Below, piece by piece: positions 43,178 to 53,750 of a stretch of DNA of 64,000 nt. The first letter of the stretch is position 1. Each line of letters begins with the position of its first letter. The notes under the pieces were generated by a model. It was given only the letters and a program-made list of their open reading frames with translations. It was not told where the DNA came from and searched no databases. Origin of the DNA: Aulosira sp. ZfuVER01. Lineage in GTDB: Bacteria > Cyanobacteriota > Cyanobacteriia > Cyanobacteriales > Nostocaceae. The stretch lies in assembly GCA_034530615.2 (NCBI GenBank), contig JAVRCV020000041.1, forward strand, positions 64,001-128,000. The letters run 5' to 3'. A program made the position numbers and the translations under genes.

Positions 43178-44403
43178 ATTGGTAGTAGCAGCTAACCCAC
43201 CCTACTTTAAGATACTCAACTTCTTGCAGACAGTTGTAGGGTGGCTTGCCGCAGGAAAGCGACTGGCATAGCAGAGAGCAGAGGAAAGAGAATTTTGGTT
43301 TTTTACATAGAATTATTTGTTAATATTATGACACCATTGTGTGAGGATTTGGCTCTACCAATCTTTAGCTCAACTGCGGGGCAGCCATTTATCTCTACAA
43401 AAAATATAATTATACGTTTTATAAGTATAATTATTTACTTTGATATGTTTTCTACGATCTGTGCAGCAAAACTATATATTTATTAATTATTTTTATCTAT
43501 ATTGAAATTTATTACAATCTTTATGCCCTGTATCAGTTATTGATTTTTTTGATTATAAATAGGTTTAAGCCGTTAGTGGTAAAGCCCCTGGCAAATACCT
43601 GGTACTCAATTTATTTAACAAAACATAATTGTATAACTGGTAGCATACTGTTAAAATCAAATGCTGAGTTAAATTCGGTCAGATAAAACCTAATAGTTCT
43701 ATTGGCATAGTTGGCCCTGACATTGAAAAGCAATTTCATAAAATCTTTGTTAAATTATTCTTGGTTAGTGTTGATTCTGCTAGATTTTATCAAGGTTGAA
43801 GTTATTGCCAAAATTGGCAAATTATAATTCCGTCTTGTTAGCCATTGCTCAGTCTTTCAATTTATAAATCAATCAAGCTCATAGCAGTTAAGCTATCAAA
43901 ACCTGCTAAACATGAGATGCGCTTGCCGTCTTCACCTTTTAAGAAAATAATTGCTGCCGAAATTGTTTGTTTCAGCAATTACAGAGAATCTCACGTTAGT
44001 GAAGTACACAATATAGGCCTTTAAGTCAAATAGAAAGCCTGTTTTACTTCTAAATTCTGAATTCTGCTGTAATTATTTCCAACGAAAAAACTTTGGTATT
44101 AAATAATGCCATTAGTTATCCTTATATCCTTAAAATTCAACCAAAATCTAAATTTTGTTGCGTCTTAATTCATCAAGTGCAATTCATTGACTTATTTGGG
44201 TGAGAAAATTATTGATCTATGGGAAGTTTACGAATGCAACCTTGGCATTGTTACAAATCTTAGCCTCCCAAACCGATATTTTCCTTCTTTGATAGATACC
44301 TGAGCTTGTAGGTGCAGAAGACTGGTTGGTAAATCATTGCAGCCCTTAATCTAGTCCTTTTTTACCTCACTATCAAGTGCGCGCTTCTTTAAAGGAGGCT
44401 TTA

Positions 44404-44769
44404 ATGAAACATATTTTAGTTGTAGATGATTCGGCAACAATGCGGCGGATGGTGATGGCATCGCTGCGAGATTTAACAGATGTGAGTTTTACCCAAGCCA
44501 GTAACGGTTTAGAAGCGATTGAATCCTTGGTAATCGCACCAGTGGATTTGATGATTTTGGACTTAAATATGCCGGAAATGCACGGACTGGAAGTATTACA
44601 GTTTGTGCGCGCACATCAAAACTATGACAAAATTCCCATCATTGTTTTAACTACCAGAGGCGATGAAGCAAGCCGTACCGCAGCGCTGAATGCTGGTGCG
44701 TCGCGCTATTTAACAAAACCATTTGAACCTCAGACATTTGTTGTTGAGGCACAGGATTTATTGAATTAA
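44404..44769 (+). CDS. cheY: Single-domain response regulator (CheY-like)
   Basis: ILVVDDS, ILDLNMP, LTT, TKPF; AAGGAGG RBS. Confidence 0.88.
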   Translation: MKHILVVDDSATMRRMVMASLRDLTDVSFTQASNGLEAIESLVIAPVDLMILDLNMPEMHGLEVLQFVRAHQNYDKIPIIVLTTRGDEASRTAALNAGASRYLTKPFEPQTFVVEAQDLLN

Positions 44770-44785
44770 ATATCGAGAAAATTAC

Positions 44786-46948
44786 GTGTCTACTACTGAT
44801 ACAGAAACCAACAATTTATTCGTTGAATTTCTTGACGATTATTTTGCCGAATCAGAAGAACACCTAGCGGTTATACGCCAAAATTTACTGACGCTGGAGG
44901 CGTTTGTAGATCGATCGAGTATTGAGCGATCGCTAGTTGACGAACTTTTCCGCAGTTTTCACACACTTAAAGGTCTGTCAGGCATGGTTGGCCTCAAAGA
45001 GGCAGAGCAACTTGCACACCAAATGGAAAGTTATCTACGGGAACTGCGCGACAACCAAGTAGTTCTCACAGCACAGGGAATGGATGCCCTGATCGGTGGC
45101 ACCAAAATGTTGGATCTGACGATCGCCAACCACCGTACCCATAATCCACTGCCTGATATCGCGCCTGCGATCGCTAAATTAACAGCTGTGTTTACCGATG
45201 ATTCTTCCCCAACAGGGGATGGAAATGAAGAGATAGGGAAACAGGGAAATGGGGTTGTACAAGAGGCAAAGACAACCAGATGCGAAGCCGATCAAATTTC
45301 CCCTGCTGTGCCACTGCTGAAACTTAAACCAGAAGAAAGCGCGCAGATTGCTGCCGCCCTTGCTAGCGGCAAACAGGCTTGGTGCTTTACCTTCATGCCT
45401 AACGCTGCACTCGCCCAACGCGGAATCAACGTCAACAACTTGCGCCAACGCTTACAATCAATTGGTGAACTAATTCACGCCTCGCCACGAATGACTGCAA
45501 CTGGCGGTGTTGTGTTTGATTTTGTCGTCGCTACCCAGACAGATCCAGAGACATTTGCTAGCTGGCATGAAGACGGACTGAGCTTTACGCCCTATTTGGA
45601 AGAAGCAAGAGAGCAGGAAGCAGGTGAGGAACAAGAAAAAATACCAGCAGAACTTCCTCCATCTGTTGTCAGTCTCCCTATTTCCCCATCAGCCTCTTCT
45701 CCCGTTACCCCTGCTACTGCATCGTCAAATTTTGTGCGTGTGGATTTAGCACGTTTGGATGAATTGATGCGGATGGTGGGCGAACTGGTAATTAGCCGCG
45801 CTCGCTTGGAAGATAACCTGAACCGCTTACCCAATACCGTTCCTGCGCTGCAATTACGTACCTTGAGAGAAACTAACTTAATGCTTGAACGCCAGTTGCG
45901 TGAGTTGCGCGAAGGCGTGATGCGAGTGCGTTTAGTACAGATTGGCGAAATTTTCGCACGAATGCAATTTGTCATCCGTGACATAGCACGAGAAAGTCAA
46001 AAGCAGATTGCCCTCGAACTCAGCGGTCAAGATACGGAAATTGATAAATTTGTAGTTGAGCGGATGATGGAACCGCTTTTGCATCTGGTACGTAACGCCG
46101 TCAGTCATGGCTTGGAATCTGAAACTGAGCGGATAGCACGGGGTAAATCACCAGCCGGAACGATCGCCTTGCGCGCTTCCACCGCCGGAGAAATGGTGGT
46201 GATTGAAATTGAAGATGATGGGCGTGGCGTTGACTTAGAAAAAGTAGTTCAGCGTGCGCGATCGCTAGGGTTAATTGGCTCTGAAGTCCAACCCGACGCG
46301 GCTACTGTGCTGGATATCATCTGCTCATCTGGCTTTTCCACCCGCGAAGAAGCTGATTTAACGAGTGGACGCGGCGTGGGTATGGCAGTCGTGAAAAATA
46401 CGGTGCAAGAACTGGGTGGCTTTTTGACGCTCGATACCCAAGTTGGCATCGGTACACGTTTTAGAATTCAACTGCCACTGACTTTGGCGATCGCAGATGC
46501 GCTGATTGTCTCTGTCGGCGGGCAAACTTTTGCCGTACCACAATCTTCGGTGCGTGAGGTTTTGGAAATACAACCCAACGCGATCGCCAAGTTGGAAAAC
46601 AACGAAATTTTTTCCTACCGGGGCAGTGTATTACCACTGGTTCGCCTTGCTGGCTGCTTTGGGTTAGCTGAATCTCAAACAACAGGAAATTACCGTTGTT
46701 GGCACGCGATTGTAGTTGGTAACGGCTTAAATGCCGTAGCTATCTTGGTAGATCGCATTGTTGGGCAGCAAGAAATTGTCGTGCGTCCCCTAACAGATCC
46801 CCTAGTTCAAGTCATGGGCATTGCTGGTGCAACTGAACTCGGTGATGGGCGCGTAGTTTTGATTCTTGATACATCTGCTTTATTACAAGTTGCCAGGTTA
46901 GCAAGTTTGAAAGTTGGCAAGTTGAAGAGTTTAAAAGCGGTTAATTAG
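44786..46948 (+). CDS. cheA: Chemosensory histidine kinase CheA (Hpt, dimerisation, HATPase, CheW; no C-terminal REC)
   Basis: FRSFHTLKG, VRVDLARLDELMRMVGELV, HLVRNAVSHG, DDGRG, GRGVGM, LPLTLAI, GATELGDG. Confidence 0.95.
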   Translation: MSTTDTETNNLFVEFLDDYFAESEEHLAVIRQNLLTLEAFVDRSSIERSLVDELFRSFHTLKGLSGMVGLKEAEQLAHQMESYLRELRDNQVVLTAQGMDALIGGTKMLDLTIANHRTHNPLPDIAPAIAKLTAVFTDDSSPTGDGNEEIGKQGNGVVQEAKTTRCEADQISPAVPLLKLKPEESAQIAAALASGKQAWCFTFMPNAALAQRGINVNNLRQRLQSIGELIHASPRMTATGGVVFDFVVATQTDPETFASWHEDGLSFTPYLEEAREQEAGEEQEKIPAELPPSVVSLPISPSASSPVTPATASSNFVRVDLARLDELMRMVGELVISRARLEDNLNRLPNTVPALQLRTLRETNLMLERQLRELREGVMRVRLVQIGEIFARMQFVIRDIARESQKQIALELSGQDTEIDKFVVERMMEPLLHLVRNAVSHGLESETERIARGKSPAGTIALRASTAGEMVVIEIEDDGRGVDLEKVVQRARSLGLIGSEVQPDAATVLDIICSSGFSTREEADLTSGRGVGMAVVKNTVQELGGFLTLDTQVGIGTRFRIQLPLTLAIADALIVSVGGQTFAVPQSSVREVLEIQPNAIAKLENNEIFSYRGSVLPLVRLAGCFGLAESQTTGNYRCWHAIVVGNGLNAVAILVDRIVGQQEIVVRPLTDPLVQVMGIAGATELGDGRVVLILDTSALLQVARLASLKVGKLKSLKAVN

Positions 46949-46976
46949 ATCGGTATTAAAAATTGTCGCGATCGCA

Positions 46977-47200
46977 AGGCAGAGGGCAGATGGCAGAGGG
47001 CAGAGGGCAGAAGAAAAAGCAGGGGACAAAGGGGACAAGAGAGACAAGGGAGACAAGGGAGACAAGGGAGACAAGGAAGCAGGGGAGGAAAGAATAACTA
47101 TTGCCCAATGCCCAATGCCCAATGCCCAATGCCCAATGCCCAATGCCCAATAACAAATGACTAATGACTAATGACTAATGACTAATGACTAATGACAAAT
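46977..47200. repeat. Compound STRR-type tandem arrays: (gcagagg)n, (ggagacaag)n, (tgcccaa)n, (taatgac)n
   Basis: Four consecutive arrays fill the cheA-cheW spacer. Confidence 0.9.
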
Positions 47201-47213
47201 AAGGAATTTCATC

Positions 47214-47705
47214 ATGTCAGATTCGCAAACAATTTCTGAACCTTTTATTCTTTTTGAGCTTGCAGGCACAATCTACGCCATGCCTACGAAGGTCGTTCAA
47301 CAGATGGAAATGGTTGAACGGATCACGCCAGTACCAAATGCAGCACCTTTTGTTGAAGGTGTAGTATTTTCTCGCGGTAAGGTGATCCCCGCAATCAATC
47401 TGCGCTCACGATTCGGGTTTGAGAAAATTCCCTACGACGCACGCACGCGCTTGATTGTCATTCACACTAGTAACCGCACAGTTGGCTTAATTGCTGATAC
47501 TGCCAGAGAATTTGTTTCGATTCCGAAGAGCGCCATCCAACCACCACCGGAAGGAATTAGCGGATTAAGTGGCAAGTATTTGTCAAGTATTGCGAATTTA
47601 GGCGATGCCTCCAGCGGGCAAAGCCAACGCATGGTGTTGATTCTCAATCCTGACGAAGTGCTGAATATGACCAGCACTATCTCACCTGTAGCAGTAGGAA
47701 ATTAA
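47214..47705 (+). CDS. cheW: CheW adaptor
   Basis: ITPVPNAAPFVEGVVFSRGKVIPAINLRSRFG, VGLIAD. Confidence 0.93.
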   Translation: MSDSQTISEPFILFELAGTIYAMPTKVVQQMEMVERITPVPNAAPFVEGVVFSRGKVIPAINLRSRFGFEKIPYDARTRLIVIHTSNRTVGLIADTAREFVSIPKSAIQPPPEGISGLSGKYLSSIANLGDASSGQSQRMVLILNPDEVLNMTSTISPVAVGN

Positions 47706-47792
47706 TTATTTAAAAATGTATTTCCGTTTTTAGTTTTTAATTTCATTTTTTCATAGTTCATTGATTGAAACTTTGTTAAATAGGAAAATCTC

Positions 47793-49919
47793 ATGGCAAA
47801 AAAATTTCGCAATTCTAATGGTCATACTGCTAACGGTAATCACAATAATTCTCACGATAGAGACACAATAGTTCGCGATTCTCGAGCTTTTGAAATCACT
47901 CGCGTTCGCGACCAAGCAGAACAAGTCAGCCATGCCGCCGATCAAATTTCGCGGACGATGGATCAAATTTCCTTGGGTGCAGACTCACAGTTGCGATCGC
48001 TCGATGAAACTGTCAGTGGCACCAACCAAATGGTGGTATCCCTCAAAGAAACTGCTAATCAAGCCGAATCAATTGCAGGTTCTACCGAAGAACTCATTTC
48101 ATCAATTAATGAAATGGCAGCTTCCATCGAACAAATTACCGCTACTACAGTTGATACCGCCGCAGCCGTTAATCAAACAGCCAGTTCCATCCAAGAAACA
48201 ACCAATTCAATTCGCTCTGTTGCCGATACTGCCCAAGAAATGTCAACTTCGGCTTCCCAAGTCTCTGCCTCAATGACCGAAGTCTCTGCCTCGGTGAAAA
48301 GCGTCAGTCGAGATACAGAAGTACTTGCCACCTCAATCACCGAAACTGCCGCTTCCATCGAAGAAATGTCCCGTTCAATTCAAGGTGTAGCGCAGAATGC
48401 TACCGATTTGACTATATCTGCCGAAACGACTACTAGTTCAATCAACGAAATGGCAGCTTCCATTGAGCAAGTCTCGGCAACCACAGAAAACTTAGCGGGG
48501 ACGGTAGAAGAAGTCTCTACTTCCATCGAAGAAATAGCGCGATCGGTCGAGGGAGTAGCACAAAACGCTGCCCAAATCACCGAAGTGGCAACAGGCGCTG
48601 CTACCAGTGCGATACAACTCGATCGCTCGATCCGTTCAGTCACAAATCTCACCAAACAAGCCGATGAAATCACCAAACGGGTAGCGCGGAATGCTGAAGT
48701 TGGCGGGGTGACGGTAGAAAAATCAATTCAAGGTTTGAATCGCGTGCGTGACTCAATAGTGCAATCCGCTGACGTTATCCGAGATATGGGCAAGCGCACC
48801 CACGAAATCAGCAGCATTGTCGATACGATTAATTTGATTGCCGAACGCACGAATTTACTGTCGTTAAATGCCTCGATTGAAGCCGCACGCGCTGGGGATG
48901 CAGGGCGAGGTTTTGCCGTCGTTGCGGAGGAAATCCGCAACCTTGCCGAACGTGCCGCTCAAGCAACCACAGACATCGGCACGATCATTAAAGGGCTGCA
49001 AGATGTAGTGCAAGAAGCCGTCACTAAGTCGAACGATGGATTGCGGGTTGCTGACGAAAGCAGTCGCCTGGCTGAAAATGGCGTGAACGGTTTAAAGACA
49101 ATCCTCAAAGGAGTGGAAGAAACCACAGAAGTAGTGCGTCAAATTAGCCATGCTGCTGACGAACAAGTACTGGCGGGACAGACTGTGGTGAATGCAATCA
49201 ACACTACGGCAATGCAAGCCAAAGAAGTGGCGATCGCTACTTCTGAACAAGCCAAAACAACCCAAGGCATTGTTAAGTCCACAACACAAATGCGTAAAAT
49301 TGCCCAGCAAGTTTCCCAGGCAATGAACGAACAAGGACGAGCAGCACGGGACATTATCAAAGCAGCGCAAAATACCACTACCTTGGCAATGCAAGTCAGC
49401 AAAGCCACCTCAGAACAAGCTAAGGGCGCGAATCAAGCCGTGCAAGCAGTAGAATCTATGCGGCGTGGTGCAGCAAACACAACCCGCGCCATCGCTGAAC
49501 AATCCACTGCTAGCGACCAAGTTGCCAAAGAAGCTGAACGCCTAGCACGCCTGATTGCCAACGTCACCAAGGCTATGAACGAACAAGCCACCGCTGCCAC
49601 ACAAATTACAACGGCAGTAGACAATTTGCGACGACAATCCGATCAAACTGCCAAAGCAATGAACGAACAAACACGCGCCGTTAAAGATATGACCTTTGGC
49701 GCACAAAACATTTCAAAACAGATTGGCATGATTACCCGCGCCAATCGAGACCATTCCAATGCCTCAGCCGGAATTCTCAACTCTCTGGCAAATATTCGGC
49801 AAATTAGCGATCGCAATTTCCAAGGAGTCAAAGAAACTCAACGCGCTACTGCTAGTTTGCTAGAACGCTCTCAAGCTCTAGGCGAAATCATGGATCGCAT
49901 GAGTAGAAACGGTAATTAA
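47793..49919 (+). CDS. Cytoplasmic methyl-accepting chemoreceptor, no TM or evident sensor domain
   Basis: IAERTNLLSLNASIEAARAGDAGRGFAVVAEEIRNLAER hairpin tip at about residue 369; long heptad arms on both sides. Confidence 0.93.
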   Translation: MAKKFRNSNGHTANGNHNNSHDRDTIVRDSRAFEITRVRDQAEQVSHAADQISRTMDQISLGADSQLRSLDETVSGTNQMVVSLKETANQAESIAGSTEELISSINEMAASIEQITATTVDTAAAVNQTASSIQETTNSIRSVADTAQEMSTSASQVSASMTEVSASVKSVSRDTEVLATSITETAASIEEMSRSIQGVAQNATDLTISAETTTSSINEMAASIEQVSATTENLAGTVEEVSTSIEEIARSVEGVAQNAAQITEVATGAATSAIQLDRSIRSVTNLTKQADEITKRVARNAEVGGVTVEKSIQGLNRVRDSIVQSADVIRDMGKRTHEISSIVDTINLIAERTNLLSLNASIEAARAGDAGRGFAVVAEEIRNLAERAAQATTDIGTIIKGLQDVVQEAVTKSNDGLRVADESSRLAENGVNGLKTILKGVEETTEVVRQISHAADEQVLAGQTVVNAINTTAMQAKEVAIATSEQAKTTQGIVKSTTQMRKIAQQVSQAMNEQGRAARDIIKAAQNTTTLAMQVSKATSEQAKGANQAVQAVESMRRGAANTTRAIAEQSTASDQVAKEAERLARLIANVTKAMNEQATAATQITTAVDNLRRQSDQTAKAMNEQTRAVKDMTFGAQNISKQIGMITRANRDHSNASAGILNSLANIRQISDRNFQGVKETQRATASLLERSQALGEIMDRMSRNGN

Positions 49920-50033
49920 TTGCACAAGGCAGTCCCAATGCCCCTATGAGTGCTGAGTAGTTTACTTCTTGACTCAAAACTCAGTACTCGGAACTCGGAA
50001 CTGTTTTGCCCAATCCCCCATCCCCAATGACAA

Positions 50034-50666
50034 ATGACAACTGACCATACATTAGATATTGCCATTCAACTTGCCAGCCCTGATGAAGAAATACGACTGC
50101 GAGCTGCTCAAACACTAGCTACAGCTGAAGTGAACGACGCTGAACAAATGCTTGTAAGTGCCTTGGGCGATGCTAGCTGGCAAGTGCGAAGGGCGGTAGT
50201 AAATAGTTTGATTCAGCGCCAAGGGACATCTACTGGCACATTGCTATTGCGATCGCTCCGCCAACATCACCACAACCCCAGTATCTTAAATGGTGTGTTA
50301 CAGGTGTTAAACCACTACCATATAGACACTGTTCCAGCGCTGATTGAATGTCTCAAAGATGCCGATGTGGATTTGCGGATCTATGCAGCACAAGCATTGG
50401 GAGGACAGCACGACAACCGCGCCATCCTCGCCCTCATCTGTGCTCTAGAGGATAGCAACATAAATGTGCGCTATCACGCGATTGATGCTTTAGGGCATCT
50501 ACAGGCAGATGAAGCAGTGGCAGCAATGTTAAAGATTGCCAAATCAGGGGATTGCTTTTTAGCGTTTGCGGCTCTTGATACCCTCAAGCGCATCGGAGAT
50601 CGCACAAAGATACCTCTGCTGGAAGATGAAATCTTCCATACCAGCGCTGCTAATACCCTTAGTTAA
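50034..50666 (+). CDS. HEAT/PBS-lyase repeat protein, possibly C-terminally truncated
   Basis: L.SPDEEIRLRAA, LGDASWQVRRA, LKDADVDLRIYAAQALG, LEDSNINVRYHAIDALG. Confidence 0.85.
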   Translation: MTTDHTLDIAIQLASPDEEIRLRAAQTLATAEVNDAEQMLVSALGDASWQVRRAVVNSLIQRQGTSTGTLLLRSLRQHHHNPSILNGVLQVLNHYHIDTVPALIECLKDADVDLRIYAAQALGGQHDNRAILALICALEDSNINVRYHAIDALGHLQADEAVAAMLKIAKSGDCFLAFAALDTLKRIGDRTKIPLLEDEIFHTSAANTLS

Positions 50667-50818
50667 TTGAGAGATCCAAAATAGGAAGTTAAAAAAACAA
50701 CAAACAAATCTTTAGATTTATAGCAGTTGCCGCTTCTCTCTAAATTTATTTATGGGGATTCCCCTTCTGCCTCCTACCTCCTGCCTCCTGCCTTCTTAAT
50801 TTTTAGAGTGAGTTAGTA

Positions 50819-51682
50819 ATGCAACTAATGTCAAAAAACTTTTTAACAAATCCAACTTTATCTGATAGCACGTTCATACTGTTGCGTGACTTAATTCACG
50901 AACGCATCGGTATTCACTATGAAAACTCTATGCGCGATTTGTTCGCAGAAAAGCTTTCACCCAGAGTGAGTGCTTGTAGTTTGGATTCATTTTTAGACTA
51001 CTACTACTTGCTGAAATATGACTCAGCAGGGGCATCAGAGTGGAAGCACTTAATGGATGCTATTTCAGTTCAGGAAACTTTTTTCTGGCGGGAGATGGAT
51101 CAGGTGCGGGCGCTGGTGGATGTGTTGGTACCCCAACATTTTGCTAGAAATCCGTTAGAGCCACTGCGGATTTGGAGTGCTGCTTGCGCTACTGGGGAAG
51201 AACCACTGACGATCGCTATGGCTTTGAATGAAGCAGGCTGGTTTGAGCGGGCACCGATTGAAATTTACGCCAGTGATGCTAGCCCAAAAGCGATCGCTAA
51301 AGCAAAAGAGGGTGTATACCAGCAGCGTTCTTTTCGGAATTTATCACTCACCTTGCAGGCAAAATACTTCCAGGAAGTACAGCACGGCTGGCGAGTGATG
51401 CCAGAACTCCATTCGCGAATTCAGTGGCAGATAGCAAATTTGATGCTACCAGATGAAATTAAGCATTTAGCCACCGCATCGGTGATATTTTGCCGAAATG
51501 TATTTATTTACTTTTCAGAAAAAACGATCGGTCAAACAGTGCGCTTGTTTTTTGAGGCGATGCCAACACCAGGATATTTATGTATTGCCGCCTCAGAGTC
51601 CCTCTTGAAGCTAACAACTGATTTTGAATTGCAAGAGATAGGAGGTGCATTTGTATATGTAAAACCGGAGCGAGCAAAGTAG
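50819..51682 (+). CDS. cheR: Chemotaxis methyltransferase CheR
   Basis: ETFFWRE, RIWSAACATGEEP, ASD, IFCRNVFIYF. Confidence 0.93.
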   Translation: MQLMSKNFLTNPTLSDSTFILLRDLIHERIGIHYENSMRDLFAEKLSPRVSACSLDSFLDYYYLLKYDSAGASEWKHLMDAISVQETFFWREMDQVRALVDVLVPQHFARNPLEPLRIWSAACATGEEPLTIAMALNEAGWFERAPIEIYASDASPKAIAKAKEGVYQQRSFRNLSLTLQAKYFQEVQHGWRVMPELHSRIQWQIANLMLPDEIKHLATASVIFCRNVFIYFSEKTIGQTVRLFFEAMPTPGYLCIAASESLLKLTTDFELQEIGGAFVYVKPERAK

Positions 51683-51709
51683 AGCTCGGAGTAAAAAATC
51701 AAGAAGATC

Positions 51710-52756
51710 ATGGAGAAAGTAGTTCGTGTTTTGGTAGTAGATGATTCTGCCTACATCCGCAAGGTAATCAAGCAGATGTTATCCCGCAACCCGTTGATTG
51801 AAGTTGTGGGCATTGCTCGTGATGGCAAGGAAGCTTTGGAATTGGTAGAGCAACTTCATCCTGATGTGGTGACAACGGACTTAATTATGCCCACTATGAA
51901 CGGGGTGGAGTTCTTACGCGAGCAAATGAAGCGGTGTCCAGTGCCAACGATCGTTGTCAGCATTACCGACGAGAATACTGAAATGGCGCTGGAGGCACTT
52001 GATGCTGGGGCAGTTGATTTTGTGCAGAAGCCAACTGCACTGGCAACAGAAAAAGTCTTAGAAATCAGTGACGAGTTGATCCAAAAAGTACAAGCTGCTA
52101 CCAATGTGCGCTTGCCAAAGCTAGCAACTATACCGACATCTCGTGCAACAGTTTCACCTTTGGTACGTACACGCAACAAATTAAGGGCGGTGGATATTGT
52201 CGTCATTGGAATTTCCACTGGTGGCCCCCAAGCTCTCAATTTTTTGATTCCCCAGTTGCCGCAAAATCTGAGCGTGCCTGTGGCGATTGTCTTGCACATG
52301 CCAGTTGGTTATACGCAAATGTATGCCGACAGGCTAAATGAGATTTCGCCACTCAAAGTAATAGAGGCACAGGAAGGAGATGTAGTAGAAGCAGGTGTGG
52401 TGTTAATTGCTCCTGCCGGACGGCATCTGAGCTTCATCCGTCAAGCTAATGGCACCGTAGTCACCCATCTAGATTTCCGTCCCTTCGATATGTTGCATCG
52501 TCCGGCGGTGGATGTATTGTTTCAATCGACAGCAGAAGTGTTTGGCGATCGCGTCTTGGGTGTAGTGATGACTGGCATGGGGTCAGATGGCAAAAAAGGT
52601 GCAGCTTGGATCAAAGCCCAAGGAGGCTTGATATTTACTGAAGCTGAGTCAACCTGCGTCGTCTATGGTATGCCGCGATCGGTAGACGAAGCAGACTTGA
52701 GTGACAAAAGCGTGCCGCTCAACCAAATGGCAACAGCAATTCTGGAGGTGCTGTGA
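51710..52756 (+). CDS. cheB: REC-methylesterase CheB
   Basis: REC domain + GISTGGP (Ser), HMP (His), RPAVD, MTGMGSDG (Asp), YGMPR. Confidence 0.95.
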   Translation: MEKVVRVLVVDDSAYIRKVIKQMLSRNPLIEVVGIARDGKEALELVEQLHPDVVTTDLIMPTMNGVEFLREQMKRCPVPTIVVSITDENTEMALEALDAGAVDFVQKPTALATEKVLEISDELIQKVQAATNVRLPKLATIPTSRATVSPLVRTRNKLRAVDIVVIGISTGGPQALNFLIPQLPQNLSVPVAIVLHMPVGYTQMYADRLNEISPLKVIEAQEGDVVEAGVVLIAPAGRHLSFIRQANGTVVTHLDFRPFDMLHRPAVDVLFQSTAEVFGDRVLGVVMTGMGSDGKKGAAWIKAQGGLIFTEAESTCVVYGMPRSVDEADLSDKSVPLNQMATAILEVL

Positions 52757-53121
52757 TGGCGAAAATTTTGATAGTGGATGATTCTAGCCTATCCCGCCGC
52801 ATGATGCGGGGAATCTTGCAATCAAGCGGGCATGAAGTGATTGAGGCGACCGATGGCATCGCTGCGATCGAAAATTATTTTCTGGAAAAACCCGATTTGG
52901 TCTTGCTCGATCTAGTGATGACCGGAATGCAGGGAGAAGAAGTACTAGAAAAATTACGCCAAATGGATGAAAATGCCAGGGTAATTGTCGCTAGTGCCGA
53001 TATTCAGACTTTTACACACACAATGGTTGAGAAAGCAGGGGCGGTAGGCTTTATTAACAAACCATTTGTGGCTGCTAATGTACTCAACACCGTGAATGCA
53101 GTGCTACAAGGAGAGTCGTAA
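52753..53121 (+). CDS. Second single-domain response regulator (CheY-like)
   Basis: ILIVDDS, LLDLVM, ASAD, NKPF; overlaps the cheB stop codon. Confidence 0.88.
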   Translation: MMAKILIVDDSSLSRRMMRGILQSSGHEVIEATDGIAAIENYFLEKPDLVLLDLVMTGMQGEEVLEKLRQMDENARVIVASADIQTFTHTMVEKAGAVGFINKPFVAANVLNTVNAVLQGES

Positions 53122-53747
53122 TGGTACTGACAGATGAACAAAAGGATGCATTAACTGAATTAATTAACATTGGCTTCTCACGCACTGCCTCTTCACTCTC
53201 AGAACTAACAGGCTACCGAGTGATGCTGGACGTACCCCAGATTTCCATTCATCCGATTCGAGAATTAGCTCCGAAGCTAGCCACTTTTGTGCAAGGTGAA
53301 GTTGCTACGGTACAGCAGATTTTCAAGGGACCTGTATCAGGCAACGCCTTATTGCTGTTGAACTATGAGGGAGCCGTGACGCTTACAGATTTATTCACAC
53401 CAGAGAACAACCTGCGTACCCATCGCCTGGATGCCGCAGCTAGCGAAGTACTGACCGAAGTTGGAAATATTCTGTTGAACGCTTGTCTGGGAATTTTTGG
53501 TAATCTGCTAGAAATTCAAATTTCTTTCTCAGTACCGCGTTTGCATCTGGAAGCGCTAGATGGACTGCTCAACTCCCTTGTCATTGGTAAGGAAGAATTG
53601 CGTTACGCGATGGTGATTTATACAGCCTTTCACATCCGAGAAAACTCGGTGAGTGGATATTTAGTCATGGTGTTGGGCGTTGCCTCCCTAGAGTGCTTGA
53701 TTCAGGCCGTAGACAGATGGGCAAACGTACCAATTTACAACGGATAA
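53121..53747 (+). CDS. cheC: CheC-family phosphatase
   Basis: DALTELINIG and EVLTEVGNIL (two ExxN motifs); TAATG coupling to the upstream gene. Confidence 0.88.
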   Translation: MVLTDEQKDALTELINIGFSRTASSLSELTGYRVMLDVPQISIHPIRELAPKLATFVQGEVATVQQIFKGPVSGNALLLLNYEGAVTLTDLFTPENNLRTHRLDAAASEVLTEVGNILLNACLGIFGNLLEIQISFSVPRLHLEALDGLLNSLVIGKEELRYAMVIYTAFHIRENSVSGYLVMVLGVASLECLIQAVDRWANVPIYNG

Positions 53748-53750
53748 ATT

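Noticed and set aside
46931..47156. ORFs reading GIGHWALGIGHWAL / SPLSPLSPL
   Set aside because: Translations of STRR arrays on the antisense strand, not genes
46977..47200. Possible CRISPR array
   Set aside because: 7-9 nt tandem units without unique spacers; no cas genes or repeat-spacer arrays seen in the window
48173..49831. Several antisense ORFs within the MCP gene
   Set aside because: Shadow frames produced by Ala/Thr/Ser-rich coding on the plus strand
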